The notes under the pieces are model-generated. The model was not told where the DNA came from. It searched no databases and was given only the letters and a program-made list of their open reading frames with translations. Position numbers and translations under genes: made by a program. Positions 13,301-26,989 of a stretch of 64,000 nt of DNA are shown piece by piece. Positions within the stretch are counted from its first letter, which is position 1. Each line of letters begins with the position of its first letter. Source of the stretch: Euprymna scolopes (Eukaryota); assembly GCA_053919585.1 (NCBI GenBank), contig CM132795.1. One strand, given 5' to 3'.

Positions 13301-14817
13301 TAAACACGAATAATAAAATGCTATTTTAATCCAGTGAGACTTATAAAAAAATCTTTGATCTAATAAAAACAAACTAAATTATCAATTAGACTTTATCAAA
13401 AATTGCATGCGAAAGGAATTAAATTTATATATCCAATCGAAAATATGAATCTATGAAAAAGTAAATGGAAAGAGTAATACGAATTTTATTCGTTATTTGA
13501 TTCGTATTCAATCTTAAATGAAGTTTAATCTTTTGTGCATCTGTATTTTCATGGTTTCAGTGATAGTGATTCACTATCTATCCGTGGTAGTAGCAGGTCT
13601 ATAATAGTGGTTTTGCTTCATTGAATTTTGGGTAAGAATGAAAGTATATTTGCAGTGTTAAACCGGATGTGGAATCTGTAACACAACGTGGATGCACAAT
13701 TGGTGCATGCTGATCTTGAGTATAAAAATGTAATGTAGAATGAACGTAAGGATTTTCCAATTTACAGATGGGAGTCGTAATTTAGCTATCCAAAATCTCG
13801 GCAAATTTTTTGGATAGGGAGAAATTCGAGGGCTAGTAAATTCTTTTGATTGTGATGATGCTGCTAACGCATACTGATGGTTATTAGTATGGTTCCAGTA
13901 CTTTCTTTATATAAAATGAATGACATTAAAAATACCACTTTAAGATATACAATTAGTCGCTTCTCCAAAGTTCAAAACTTTTTCCTATGTTGTACTGTTA
14001 TAAACAGGCGTAATATTTAAAAATAAATCACTCGTACTGTAGCTAAGATAAAATCTTCAATTTGAGTTCTTGCACTAGGTTTCATTTTTCATGTCCTTGA
14101 CCTGTGGTGGCAGGTCAGGATGTCATTTATGTATCGCATGAAGCTAGTAGACTAATAGACGACCAGATAGGTTCCAGATGTATAAGGGGAAAACTGAGAG
14201 GGAGTTGGGCGGGTTTACCAACATTTGAATTTTTGTACTTGGTGCCGTCAGGAAAGTAATTTGCAGAAAGAACCTATAAAATATTTCTATGAAATGTTAC
14301 TATTAAAAGCATACTAGAAACCTGCGCTGCGAAAAGTTTGAGACCATGTGCGAGTTCTGTTCATTAGCAAAATTGTGACTTTATGCCATTTTAAACAGAT
14401 CTGTAAAACTACTCTAGTGTTGCACAGCTAACAGTATTAATACATCAACACTCAGAACAAATTCTTTTAAATATTTCATCTGATAGTTCCCAAAAGATAC
14501 CTCTGTTTTTTTTTTGGGGGGGGGGGTATTTCAAATTCATTTAATTTTATCTTAAAATGTTCTACCTTATTGCTGTTGGTACTTTGCTTGATTAGCAAGC
14601 AACTATGTATGAAATTCTCAATTTGTTCTTAATCATGATCGTAGGTTCTAAGGGCTTCAAAGTCAAATTAAAATGTATTTGTGCATCTGACAATTTGATG
14701 GGTAAGAAAGTTGATGCCGTATTGGCCAGATTAGACTAAGCAATATTCGCCCAAAATGTATGAAAAATGGCTAAAAACTTTTAGCAGAATAAAGAAATTA
14801 ATGTAGGGATTTAAGTT

Positions 14818-14854
<37 letters not shown>

Positions 14855-14889
14855 GTCAGTTTGATAGTTCTACCCTCAATCTTTAAAGG

Positions 14890-15790
14890 ATTTGAAATGG
14901 CTGTCACCTGTACCTGAACGGTGACTGTCAAAAGTATAATACATTGGATTTCTAACTGGCTTGTAAACTTCAGAATATAGTGCCCAACTAGTGGGATGCT
15001 GTGCATAAATGAATTAGATCTTAATTTTTAAACTTAGATAATTGTCAAAGACTTTTGGTAAGTTCTGTAGAACCAGAAAACTAGATTGTATATATATCTA
15101 CCTGCTGATGGTGCTCCTATATATGATCAGTATAATTTTACAGGTGGACTACGCTGTTGCAAGAGTCCCATAAACTAGCTTTATGGGTTCAATCATACAG
15201 CCAGTATTTTGCCTGAAGGTGTGCAATAGTTCAGTCCAGTAGGGATGACAATACTGAATGTCCTCTTTCCAGGACATTGGGTATCCGTGTGCCATAGCTA
15301 ATATTAGAGGACACAGCTTCCTGGGTGGATATATCCTCTAACTGTAATGGTTTACTAAGTTGACTGACATTAATTTTCCTCAGCCTGCATTGTGTTTTTC
15401 ATTACCTCTTGGGCGTCTTAATTTTATATTCTCTGCAATATTAGTCTGGGGCTAATGTTTGTGCCTAACGGTGTAGCTGTTTTCTAGACTGTTAGTACCT
15501 GGGTCCAGACTGATCGCTTAATATATCTAGCATCTTTCGAGTGACCGCTTATGTATGGTAGCAGGAAGATGTATCATCAGGTCTATTCAGAAAACGGTGG
15601 GTGTCAGTTCACCCGGTTACTCAATACATGCCAGATGCTGTCACTCCATTTGTGAATTCGTATTTGTGCAGAGCTACAATATGCTCCTGTTATCACTTAC
15701 AAATATCTGTTGTATCAAATGACGTCTTTTAGTTCTAGATTTTACTCTACAATTGTACAGGTCCAGGATAGTAAGAAATACCATTTGAAA
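14890..15790 (-). mobile_element. Decayed RTE-like LINE RT fragment; copy 1 at ~3650-4330 lacks ~227 bp
   Basis: Minus-strand degenerate motifs HPGSCV (~YLGSxI) and LVYG (~LLYGxExW) occur in the expected order. Confidence 0.4.
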
Positions 15791-18786
15791 GTTTTCGATT
15801 TCCTCGACTGATTTTTATTCTGTTTAAATTAATCCTGTAGTGTGTATCTTAGTCTTTTAATTTTGTCACTGTTCACTACATCCCTTCCAATCAAATTTAA
15901 ATGGTTTAGTTTTTGAAATGCTCCATTTATTTCCCCTAAATTTAACATTTCCAATAAAATTAAATTTTTTGGGTATTTGTGCTGGTCGTTTACATGCTTG
16001 CTACTCATGAAAGTAAATTGGACCCCCTATTGTCACCATTCGGGGCAACAGAACCAGAGCCGTTCCTCCTAGCCCGTTCTTTTTGGGACGATCTTTCTGA
16101 CTGCCTGTGATGTAGCAGCTGGCCCGATCTTAGTACATCATCCGTCTTTCCTCCTTTGGACAGAGGTAGTGCTGGAGAAAGGCTTCGATCTGCTTGGTTA
16201 CCACCTCATCACGACCCTGGCGGGTAAAACTGCCGCAGCTCTATGGGAGCCTGATCCAAGAGGGAATCGAGCTCTCCGGCAATCATATCTACTTGATCTT
16301 CCACCTTTTCCCATTAAGTATCTTACAACCGAACCTTGTGAGACTCGCACTTCAACCGCCTCCTCTGCATGAGTTCTCTAACACTCGCCAGAGACTCCTG
16401 CTTGGAGAGATGAATTAGGTGCCCCTTCTATACCTCGCCAGAGCAGCCAAGAATCAGATCGCAGTGTACATCTCTGCGTTTGTTAGGTACCGACATTTCA
16501 TTTCAGATGCATTAGATTGCAATAGCACATTGTCCTTGGAGATCCATGTCAGACTGGGACGGCCCCAGCAACCCTGTCCTGGTTGGCTCTTCCGGATGTC
16601 TGCCTCTGGTGTTGGGATAACCAACGACCGGATGCAAACTCGTGAACAAAAGGAGACCTGAAAAAGGAACGCCCCCCCTCACCAATATCTGACCCAGTTG
16701 ATCGGTCACCGAGGATAGCAGACGGACCAGATTGTTATTCTTCTATAATTCTTCCAAAATAGTTTTATTTGTAGAGCAATTAAGACTGATTGCTTCAGTG
16801 CTGACATAAGATAAAAATTTTCTACAAATTCGCTTTGTCAGCCGGACCCCATATTTGTAGACTGCAATCCAATAGGCCGTTGGTGATCCATGTTCTGTAG
16901 GAATGGATCGTTGTGGCTAAGCCATTCTACTTCATTTGACTAGGTTGGAGAGGCTCGATTCAGTAAATTGACTGGTCATGTCATGCCTTAGTATCAATAA
17001 CTTCACTCACAATTGTATCATTTAATCTTTTTACTTTAAGAAAAACAGATACTAAGTAGTGGCTAAAGGTTAACTACGTAAGGAAATATTACGAATGCCA
17101 AAATGTAATTTTTTTTTCTAGTGTTTTCTCTAGAAGGTATTTTCCAATATAAACGCTTCCTCTCGGAATTTTAATCTAGGGACGACAATATTTCCTTTTC
17201 CATTAGTTTCCTTTTGAGAGTAATTCATCTTAAACATTAGATTTTGGCCTCTACTGATCCTAAAAGGTTAGTAAAAGATAAATTGCTGATAATTTAATTT
17301 CGCGTACGTATTTTCACTTGGGACTTTTCTGATAAGGATTTATTTAAATTGGAGTATTGCTTGAAAATAAACATGCAATGTTAAATTCTGTTTCCAGATG
17401 ATATTTGCTCATAATTCCTTTGACACTTTCGAATTCGTATTTAAGTAGGCCGTCAATGGGTAAGATTTTTCCAGATCCGTCTCTTGAACCCCATACTGCA
17501 ATATTTAAGCCAATGAGAATGTATTCCATGTTATCTTTAAAAGGATTCTGGCAAACCTCAAACTTGCTATTCTCTATCCAAATAAGTTGCATGATAACGT
17601 TGTCATCGGATTCTCCAGTTCTATGGACAGTAAATCAGATACACAACACATCACTTCTGCTTTGTTTTGCTTTTAGATTTGTAAAACTTATTTTTAATTT
17701 ACGATTAATAAAGACTTAATTTTTGTCACTTTGTGGTCAAAAAGTATTTTGATTTAATCGGACATAATCTCAATTTCTAGACTATGAATTAGATTAAATG
17801 CAGAAAGTGAGCAAAATACGATTTGCTATTAATTGAAAACTGCTTAGGCACTAAAGGATAAAGCGGTGTATTCATCCAGGTGTTGATTAGTAGTATACCC
17901 CTTTTTATTGCGTTCGGAGAGTATTTTCCCAGCGATAAACAGGATTAGATTCTAATTTGGTTAAATTGACGAGTGATGATCCAAAGATTACAAAACTAAC
18001 AGATTTTTTTAGCATTACTATTACTAGCATTTAGTATCTGAACATAAAATCTGATATATAATAGATCAAAAATACATTTGTCATGTTATTTTCACGTGAT
18101 AATAGCTCACCGAGTCATTCGAACTCTTTACAAGATGTTTATACCGTTTTCATTTTTCAAGCAATCTTCCAAAAGTACGGTGTCTCCATCAGTATTTTTT
18201 TTTTGTGAAGTATTAATATTTTATTTTTTAATACTTGCTATGTACGTACACTAATATATTAACTGTTTATTAAATCGTACAATAACTCATTTGCCGAAGC
18301 AAATGATTTGGTTTTAGATAACTACCAGACATTTCATTACTGAATTTTTTAAACAATTTTAACATGTGATCAGGTTAATATTTTAAATTCAGCTTTAATC
18401 ACTTTTCTACAGTGACAGGATTCAATTAATCGAATTAGGACAGAAAAATTCATTTTTTAATATCAAGTCATTTGTTGCAAGCTCTACATTCAAAATCAAT
18501 TTAAGTCTGTTTCATATCTTTAGTTATACTCCTCCTGACTAATGCTGCGATTTTTCATTTCTTTTGACCAATTTTACTTGTCTTTTGTTTATTATAAATC
18601 TGACTCTCTGCCGTATAGTAACATATATTTTATTTGTTTGAAAACCTCAATACAAGCGAATTTTAAACTAGCAGGACCTGTGGAAATTTCAGGAACTCAT
18701 AATTGATGTTGGCATTCTTTAGATGTTCAGTGTAAATGGAGACTCTCTGATATTGTATCTTTTTTAAAACTGCAAAAGTATTTAAG

Positions 18787-19100
18787 CTAGGACAAACGTC
18801 CGGCGTAGCCCGGTCGTAAAGTATGCTTAAATATTTTAATTCTTGCAGATTTCGTATATATTAATGTTATATCGATTTTGATAAAGTTGCGATTTAAAAA
18901 ATAAGTCATACATATTAGCTTGAATCGAATCCGAAATAAAAACTTAGGAAATGCACCCATATATGCACAAACTTGAGTTCCTTCGGCCATAACCAAAACT
19001 TATGAAGAATTCTTAGTAAAATTATGACTAGGGAAGTACACAATTGAACAACCCGGATGTAAGCGTAACACTATAACACGTTATCGTATTAAGCTATAGA
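18787..19100 (-). mobile_element. Non-autonomous Helitron-like element, copy 2
   Basis: Duplicate of 7348-7661 with the same termini. Confidence 0.55.
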
Positions 19101-20438
19101 TTAGCCTTTTCAGATTCAAAGGTTTTTTTGAGTCCTTAATATTTTTCTAAAATCTAAACGGTCGTAGTAAATATTTGGAAACCCCTAGATAAAGTATTCA
19201 TTTTCATTTTGTTTGGATAGTAAACTTTTGGTCAATAAAAATACTGTATTGATTCGTAGATATTATATTACTTGGTAATCTTTTTTTACATTTAAGTAAT
19301 AGTGAATCTTGTGCATAATATCACTAAGTATTTGAAATGAGTTTACAATTCCTTTAGAATGACTACTTTTATTAATCGAAATGTCGGTTTATGAAGTCTT
19401 AGAAAAAATAAACATTCAAGATTTAGATTTTTTTTTTCGTGTTCTAATACTTTATGGGTATTACCATTTGCAAAGTATCGTACTGAAAAATATATTCAGT
19501 TCGGCTGTACTGTGAATGATCTCTAGCTACATATGGTGACGTCTCAATTTGTGAGGGGAAACTGGTGTACGTTATCCTTTCGTTGTCATTACTCAGATTC
19601 ACTCCAAACTTTGGTCACATGGGCTAAATAGAATTGCTATTTGTAAAAAGAGCAGGATTCGGGAAAGGCTATAATGTTAGGATAAAGTACTCCAGAACCT
19701 GTTCAATTTTGCGTTTTTCCTATGTTGCCACATTTATTCTCTTGGAAGTCTATTCCAAGATAGAGATCCAGATTGGGAAACAGCTCTTCAGTTCTGTAAA
19801 TTTTAAAGTTTCATGCACTGCTGAGTGCTGACCTGTTTCGCTTGCATGAATGAATCAGTTAAATGGGCTGGTATTTTGAGAGAAAAAAAAGTTCATGGAT
19901 AGAATTCGTCACTGTATATTTCCTAACAATTCAACTTCCAGCACACGTCTGTCGTCCTCACCTCTACCAACAGGTGTTTTAAAAACTGCATTTCATTTGC
20001 ACATGTGGGCGGTGTGATCTCGTAATTCCAAGAGACCACACTTTATAAAGCCACGACCGCTCTCTTCTCAGAGCTTACTTTGGTTATATTCAACTCTACA
20101 AATAGGTCGCGAAGTATGATTGAGTCCGTAGACAAAGATGAGATGATTGTCATCACTCGAAGTAAAATAAAGTGTGACCTATTTTGTTAAAGTTTTAGGT
20201 TGTCATAAAACTGGTAAATATTTAACAAATACCAATTAGTCAACTGGAGAAATTCTGTTTATGATCGATTCGATTTTGGGATAGTTCATTTTAGCTGGGT
20301 AAAGTTCAACATCCGATAACCACGACGACCACATAGGCATAAGATGTGCAAGCATAGATATGCAACATACTCTTCTAGTTTGAATAGAAGTTTATCTGGT
20401 CCAATCATCCGTTACTACAAGGTATACGTGTTAATATG

Positions 20439-21772
20439 CAGTCAAGCCCGAAATGGGTTGTATCCTTAAAATTATTTGCTGAAGTGAACTGTAATTTCAG
20501 GTGTACCTCTGTCTAGAAAACGAATTCTATACTAGAAATTATTTCAAACAAAATATTGTACTGCTTATGAGACACAAATGTTCAAATTTATTCATATCCA
20601 GTATTTAATAGTCAATAACATTGCCTTAATTTTCGTCTGCAAACTATTGAAATATTTGTCAAGGTTCTTACACACTTCAACACTTTGACTTTTTAACATA
20701 GTTCTCTAATCTTGCTAATTTTTAAATTTGCTCTTCTATTTTGTTTTTAACCATATTTTTGGGGATGAGACTAGAACTTTGACTTGACCAATCGAGGACA
20801 TTTATCTGGTTGTCATTTAACCATTTTTCTCACTATATTGGCAGTATATTTGGGATTGTTATACTGCCGAAGCATCCATTTTGAGCCCAACGCAAGCTTT
20901 TCAGTATCCTTCATGATCTTTACATTTTAAGATGCTGCTTTTATTCCATAAGCTGTTTGAGACACTTTAAAGAAATTCGAAGCATAATTCAAGCATAACC
21001 ATAACCATAACCATAAGGGCTTCGTGGAGTTGGACTTTCACCATACTTCCAAATCTAAGAACCCATATGCCCAAATTCAATTTTTCACCTGTTCATAAAA
21101 TCTTGTTAGTCCATAGCTTTTAGATGTTTTTAGGGAGCTTTTCTGGATCGTCATTGTGCCAATTACATGCGAAGTCTTCTGCAATGTTGAAATATTTCGG
21201 ACTCGGATGCCTTCAACATCCCAAAATGTTATTAGAGGTGATCCTTGGGTTTTTGATTCAATAATCGTGAGATTTCTAGCTCATCTAGGAGACGTTTCGT
21301 TTTCATGTCTAATCGGGTTTTTGTAATGTTTTGTATTGTTGAAACCGGAACATTGAAATAGCTTTATACTCCAGACCTCTTTTAATAAAATGTGGCAATT
21401 CAGTTTGAGATAATCAGTTAATGTACCTTAATTTTCAAAGTGTAGATCCTTCCTTTAAAGACTTTTCGGCAAAATTGAATAAGATTATTTTTCTGAAAAA
21501 TAATGGGATACTTATATTAGAGCAAATAAATGAACAGCAATTAGAATAATGGCTATGCTCACAGGAGATAAAAACTCAAGTAATCCAGCTTTAAGTAATT
21601 TATGAACATCCCTGATTTCACAAATTGACATAATACTGCTACTGAGTGTTCCCCTAATTTAACAAGTTCTGTATATTCAAAACCATAAACATTTGCGTGA
21701 AGCTCTCCTGAAGCGTTTTAAGAACGGAATGAATTAGATTTTTTCCTGAGGATATAATTTCGGACTTGACTA
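20439..21772 (-). mobile_element. Decayed Tc1-family DNA transposon, copy 2
   Basis: Same TIRs. It retains INVLDWSSQSSSLIPQNM (~VLEWPSQSPDLNPIENL), which is partly deleted in copy 1. Confidence 0.85.
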
Positions 21773-21869
21773 TAATATAAAGTTAAAAGATTCTTCACTA
21801 TTTCAGTAGTGCTGGAATACTTGAGCAGTCAATATCATTAAATTGCTAATCCATAGAAATCGTAGGTAT

Positions 21870-22445
21870 TGGAAGTGTTGGACTTGTTGCCTGCTGCCAT
21901 CTTTTCTCTTGCATGATACTTGAAACGATATGGCAATCTAAATTAAGTTCATACAGGAGTATTGTAGGATTTCTTTTACTCGATAAATGGCCTGCCCAGC
22001 ATATCTTATGTGACATTCAGAATGTTTGCGACCTTATCAGAGAAACACCATAGTTAAGACAAGTCATGTGAAAGAAACTAAGTTTGTCATCGATATGGTG
22101 TCCATGTTTTTTTGCTCCATATAAAATATTTAATACTGACGCTTTGCACACGTTGGTTTTAGTTTCAAGTCTAACCTCACGGCCATCCGCATTAAATGCC
22201 TTCTAAATGCTGCATTACCTTTGCAATTTTATCCAGTATAAGATGTATTGACTTTGCTTCCCATATAAAGGACTTCACATGCTTTAAGTTTTCTTTTCCA
22301 TTTACATGGAAAGTCATATCAGGAAAGCAATGTGCAAGTGGATACTGTTGCACTCTACATATTTGGGTTTTGGCCGATCTAAATTTTAATGCTGTCTGCC
22401 TAAACTCCTTTGTTATTGAAATCTATTAACGAGCGTCCAGACATC
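21870..22445 (-). mobile_element. RTE/BovB-like LINE 3' fragment; truncated copy at ~10420-10835
   Basis: Minus remnants: YMGS (YLGS), AAF.R.L, L.TK.NVCKASVLNILYG, then CWAGHL and LLYEL, in the RTE C-terminal order. Confidence 0.7.
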
Positions 22446-23416
22446 ATGAAATCTAGAAATTAGTAGCAGCAGGTGATGGCAGTTTGGATAAGGACTTGCG
22501 TTGAATTGAAATTAATGCTTGACGAGAATACACCAAACGCATGATTGAGAATCCTTGCAAATCAGGTAAAACGGAGCTATCACTCATCTTTAACTCTGGT
22601 GACATCAAAATGATCAGATATCATTACCAGCCAACTGAAGTTTTCATACCTTCATGAAAGGATATAACATCACAATTTTTTTAAGAATCTTCAAGTTTAC
22701 TGTTAAAAATCTGTTTCTACAAAAGCTATACAGTTCCTGATTCTTTTAATTTCTTTACAACCTACTGCAGTACAAATGCCAACTGTTCCAATGTGAGCAA
22801 AAACCACAAGGAATTCCACAATTTGGTAGAGTATGACCGGAGTCAGTACTTTACTAGTTATAACGATGAAATTCCATGATTATCTCATATCTGTTACCCA
22901 TTTCCTGTGACTTCACCAGACAATGTCCTTTTATACCCCTTACTCTTGAAAAAATGCTAAAGTGAAAACTGAAAACTTTCTGCAATTGCGGTATGGACCA
23001 AATAAGTGCATCAAACAGATGTATTTAACACTGGAAGTGTCTTGACCCACTTAAAATATTTCATTTGCTTACATGAGTCAGGGTAAAAAAAAGGACTACT
23101 GCCACACTGTAGTCTTAAGGCCTATATGAAAGCGTTTGGAGTGTTAATTCATTTCACACATTTCAGTAGCGTTTGTAGCTTAAGATGTAGTCTTAAAGAT
23201 TTCTGAAATCTCTTTATACATGATTCTTTGAAAAGGTTCAAGCATCTGGTTTATCAGATTTCACTTCGTTATCAAACTAAACTTGGGTATTTCTGAACAG
23301 GAAAGCCAGGAACAAAAAAATTCATGGACGGTTTCATGTTAAACCTGCCATATTTTTGCAATATTACCAGTAATGCAGTTCAATGGCAAGATTAGGGTTC
23401 CTATTTGTACCAATGT

Positions 23417-23592
23417 TTTTGTCCTGGCTGTCATTTTGTCCTGGCTGTCATTTTGTCCTGGCTGTCATTTTGTCCTGGCTGTCATTTTGTCCTGGCTGTC
23501 ATTTTGTCCTGGCTGTCATTTTGTCCTGGCTGTCATTTTGTCCTGGCTGTCATTTTGTCCTGGCTGTCATTTTGTCCTGGCTGTCATTTTGT
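23417..23592. repeat. Minisatellite, 10 perfect copies of 17-bp GTCCTGGCTGTCATTTT
   Basis: Units start at 23421, 23438 ... 23574 with no mismatches and no spacers. Confidence 0.99.
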
Positions 23593-25385
23593 ATGGACAC
23601 CTTTGCAAAAGGTGTTTTCCTTTGCCTACTCCTTGATGACCAAAAACCCCATAGTATGAATTATGATCAACCTTAGCACAAGCATTGAGGTCATTCATGT
23701 GAATGTTGTACAATCTGTCGCACACAGGTACAATCTTTCTCAGGTCGGCATAAAATTATTTTTACTTGGCGTTGGAGTATAATGGCTCACTAATGATACC
23801 TTTCACGATCAAGAGGCTCCATCTAATACTATCAGATCTCTTCAGGAAGTTTTGTTTTAATTTTAAGTAATATAGAACCGAAAAGATCCTCCTCTTGATT
23901 GACGTGATTCTTCACTTTTCTTAGAACAGTAACCTCTTTACTTGATTAACGCTTTGCTGGTTATTCAATGCTGAAATGTCAGTTGTGATTTATTGTTCTA
24001 AAGTAAATAATGCAGTTTTCCTTTTTGATCTCTCAGCACCGTTCAGGAGAATACTAACATTGACAAATAAAGCACTCAATTCAGGTTCATGCAGTGTTTG
24101 AACTACAAATAGAGTAGTGGTCTACAAAGTCAAATATGAACAAGCATTTTAGAACTTTTACCGACTCTTGAAGTGAAAGCCGATCTATCTAAAGACCTAC
24201 ATTGTGATCCACACATACACTTAACATTTTTGCACATAAAATATCACCAAGCGATTCCCCTACAGGGATCCAACTAAATGCGGCAAGTAGTACTTTTCAC
24301 CTGCCTCTGTCGCTCTATCGTTGGACATTTTGGAGTTTATATGGTATTGCATAAGTAAATATTCAGTTTCTCGGAACTAAAACAATTTAAGTGGTAAAAG
24401 GCTTGTCTGAGACTAAACCTGTTGGAGTCTATCCTGAAAGAATCGTCCAAAAATACCGAGAATGAATTACAGCAGTCCCCAGTTTTTTTTTTTTTTTTTT
24501 TTTTTTTTTTAGTGACCTACCACAATTGTACGATTTGTGTACGTCTCCTCTACCCTCGGGAGACGTATTATCCGAGTCAGTTTCTCGATATGGAATTTCT
24601 GAAGTGTCATCTTTGCAGAATCCTACATGTAGAGGTAATTGTTTGACCCTTAGAACCATTAATTTCTGAAAGCTCTAACAAGAAAAACTAAGGATTCCAT
24701 GAAACGAGGTGAAAAATCCTATCTATATCAAGCAGGCGGATTACTAGTCAACCGTCATTAGTGTTTTCTAAATATATCTAAAATATCTATAAATAGAATA
24801 TTGAGCAACTGATACATTTAATCCATTATAATTCCATGGAAATAAATTGAATGTCTCAAAATGAAAGGGAATTTCAGGTTCACGTTGCTCCTATCTATAA
24901 ATAGGAAATACAATTAAACGTCTTTTTAAAACTGCATAATTTAAAACAAGTTTAATTTTACTCAATATTTTGACACTTTGACTTAAATGAGTTACTTAGT
25001 TCCAAATTATTCTATAAAGTTAAAAGGTTTTTGGTTAAAGATAGTGAAACACTCTGACCTTATATATTTTTACAACCGATGTGAGGTCGGTGAGCCGAGA
25101 AATTTTCAAATCTTTAAACTTGTGTATCACTTTCAATTTAACGGTATGAGAATTTAACTTTTTATAGAACGTTTTAAAAAATAGTCAATTTAAACTGACA
25201 TTGTATTCTACATTTTGTAAAGATGACGATTGTAAAAATATTTCGGTATAGAATTTGATTTTTTTTAGTCTTGTTTATCCATTCGATAATCACTTGAAAA
25301 ATGTATAAAAGTTCTTAACAGGTTTTGTCCTGGTATATAGAAAAAATTTCGGCCGTTTTAAATGTTCAAATATCGTGTTTATATT

Positions 25386-25408
25386 ATATATATATATATA
25401 TATATATA
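25386..25408. repeat. (TA)n microsatellite
   Basis: Direct observation. Confidence 0.95.
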
Positions 25409-26989
25409 ATCACTCCACAATTTTAGCATCACTTGCATATAGGGCTATGGTATGTTTCTGTCGCATAGGTGTAATAGCAAGTTTCCTCTTGCGTTGCTCA
25501 ATGCTAATAGATCTGACTACCTGAATCTTTCGTAATTCATCAGTTCAGTATTAATTTTTACTGAGCATTTACGTTAATACTCATGCACTGCTTTTAAAAG
25601 TATTAATGACTCAACATTTGAAAAGTAATTTTGTCTATTGTTGCATTCAACTTCCAAGGGCTTTTAAAAGGTTTTTAGAACGAGCCTGTGTGGGTTCTCT
25701 TTGGAAATGTTACTCAATCCAATGTAGTTTTAAATAAACGGGACACTTGGACTAACCCAGAGAATTGTATATTTTATTAATAGTATAATTAAATTCTCTG
25801 GATAATCATTACAAAGTAAAATGCCTTTGACAGTATTCAATTTGTTAGTTTGTTTGAACAAATTCTAAGGGCTCTATACGCCGTCTTAATACCCCCCTTT
25901 TTTATATATAGAGGTAGGCACTAATGAGCGCCACTCTATAGACAGTAAAAGTCGGTTTGCGATAAACTGTAGTAGTAAAATTATGTTCAATCAAGACATC
26001 TAGGAAACGCAAGCAACCTTATTTCCATTCTCAATAGTAAATAAAATTTCTGGAAAGAATTGATTCTTGATTTTTGCTTTTCTCTCAGAAGCGAAGGCTG
26101 CAAAAGTGTCCTCAGGGTATCTAAAATATATTGAGGGCTTCAATATATTAAAGTGACTCGGAGAATCCTACAAAAATATCTGCTTATGCATGCCCACTCG
26201 ACCTGACTGTACATGATGCTATCAAAGCTGAATTCCACTGACTTGATAAAGATCAACAGGAGTTCAAACATATAAGGGAAATTTGGGCTGGAAATTAGAC
26301 TGCTATTATGAAGTGAGTCGGCACAAATATCAAGTCTCCTATAGCAAGATATTGGTAAATAGATTCGAAACGTTAAATTAACAATAAGTTGTTCGCAAAA
26401 CAAGGTTGCAGCATGTGTAAATATTCAAGTAACCTGAATGAATCGGTAATGCAATGTTGAGTGTAAAGGGCATGAAATTCTATAATGGTCAATAGCCACT
26501 GGACTAGGGAGTGTTGGGCAGACCCTGCTACAGACAATAGGTCTAAGCGAGATACCTTTATGTATTTTAGAACCCATAAAGTCTAGGCATTAGTCAACCA
26601 GAAGACCTTATTCTTGTCATAGATCTCTTTGGAAAAGTATCATTTCTTAAAGTATAAAAGGCGCTTTGTATCTTGATGTCATTAAGTGCTGTCACATGTT
26701 TCAGCAGAGCCAATGCGAACAAACTTATCTATATCATTCAAAATAACATCTTCTGGATATAATCTATACTATTCAGGATAACGACACTAGCACGTTTGTC
26801 CGGTTTACATGTATCTTGATTCAAATCTTAATGATTTTGAAATGCGTGCTGGACCTAATAAAATCTCGTTGTTTCGAAATGGAATAACAAAAAGCCAAGT
26901 CTTATAGACTAGCCTTAACAGATGTCCTCATGATCAGGCGAGGTAGGATTATGATGCTTTAATTTACTCATTTTGAATCTTTTTCCTAA

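Larger units (their letters stand above)
11233..22288 (+). repeat. Tandem segmental duplication, copy 2 (unit probably starts at ~10836)
   Basis: High-identity match to 1-10835. It has an extra ~227 bp at 15239-15465 and scattered SNPs and indels. Confidence 0.98.

Noticed and set aside
23417-23592. CRISPR array or repetitive membrane-protein CDS (ORFs 23373-23676)
   Set aside because: The units are contiguous with no spacers and there are no cas genes. The ORFs are an arithmetic by-product of a stop-free 17-mer.
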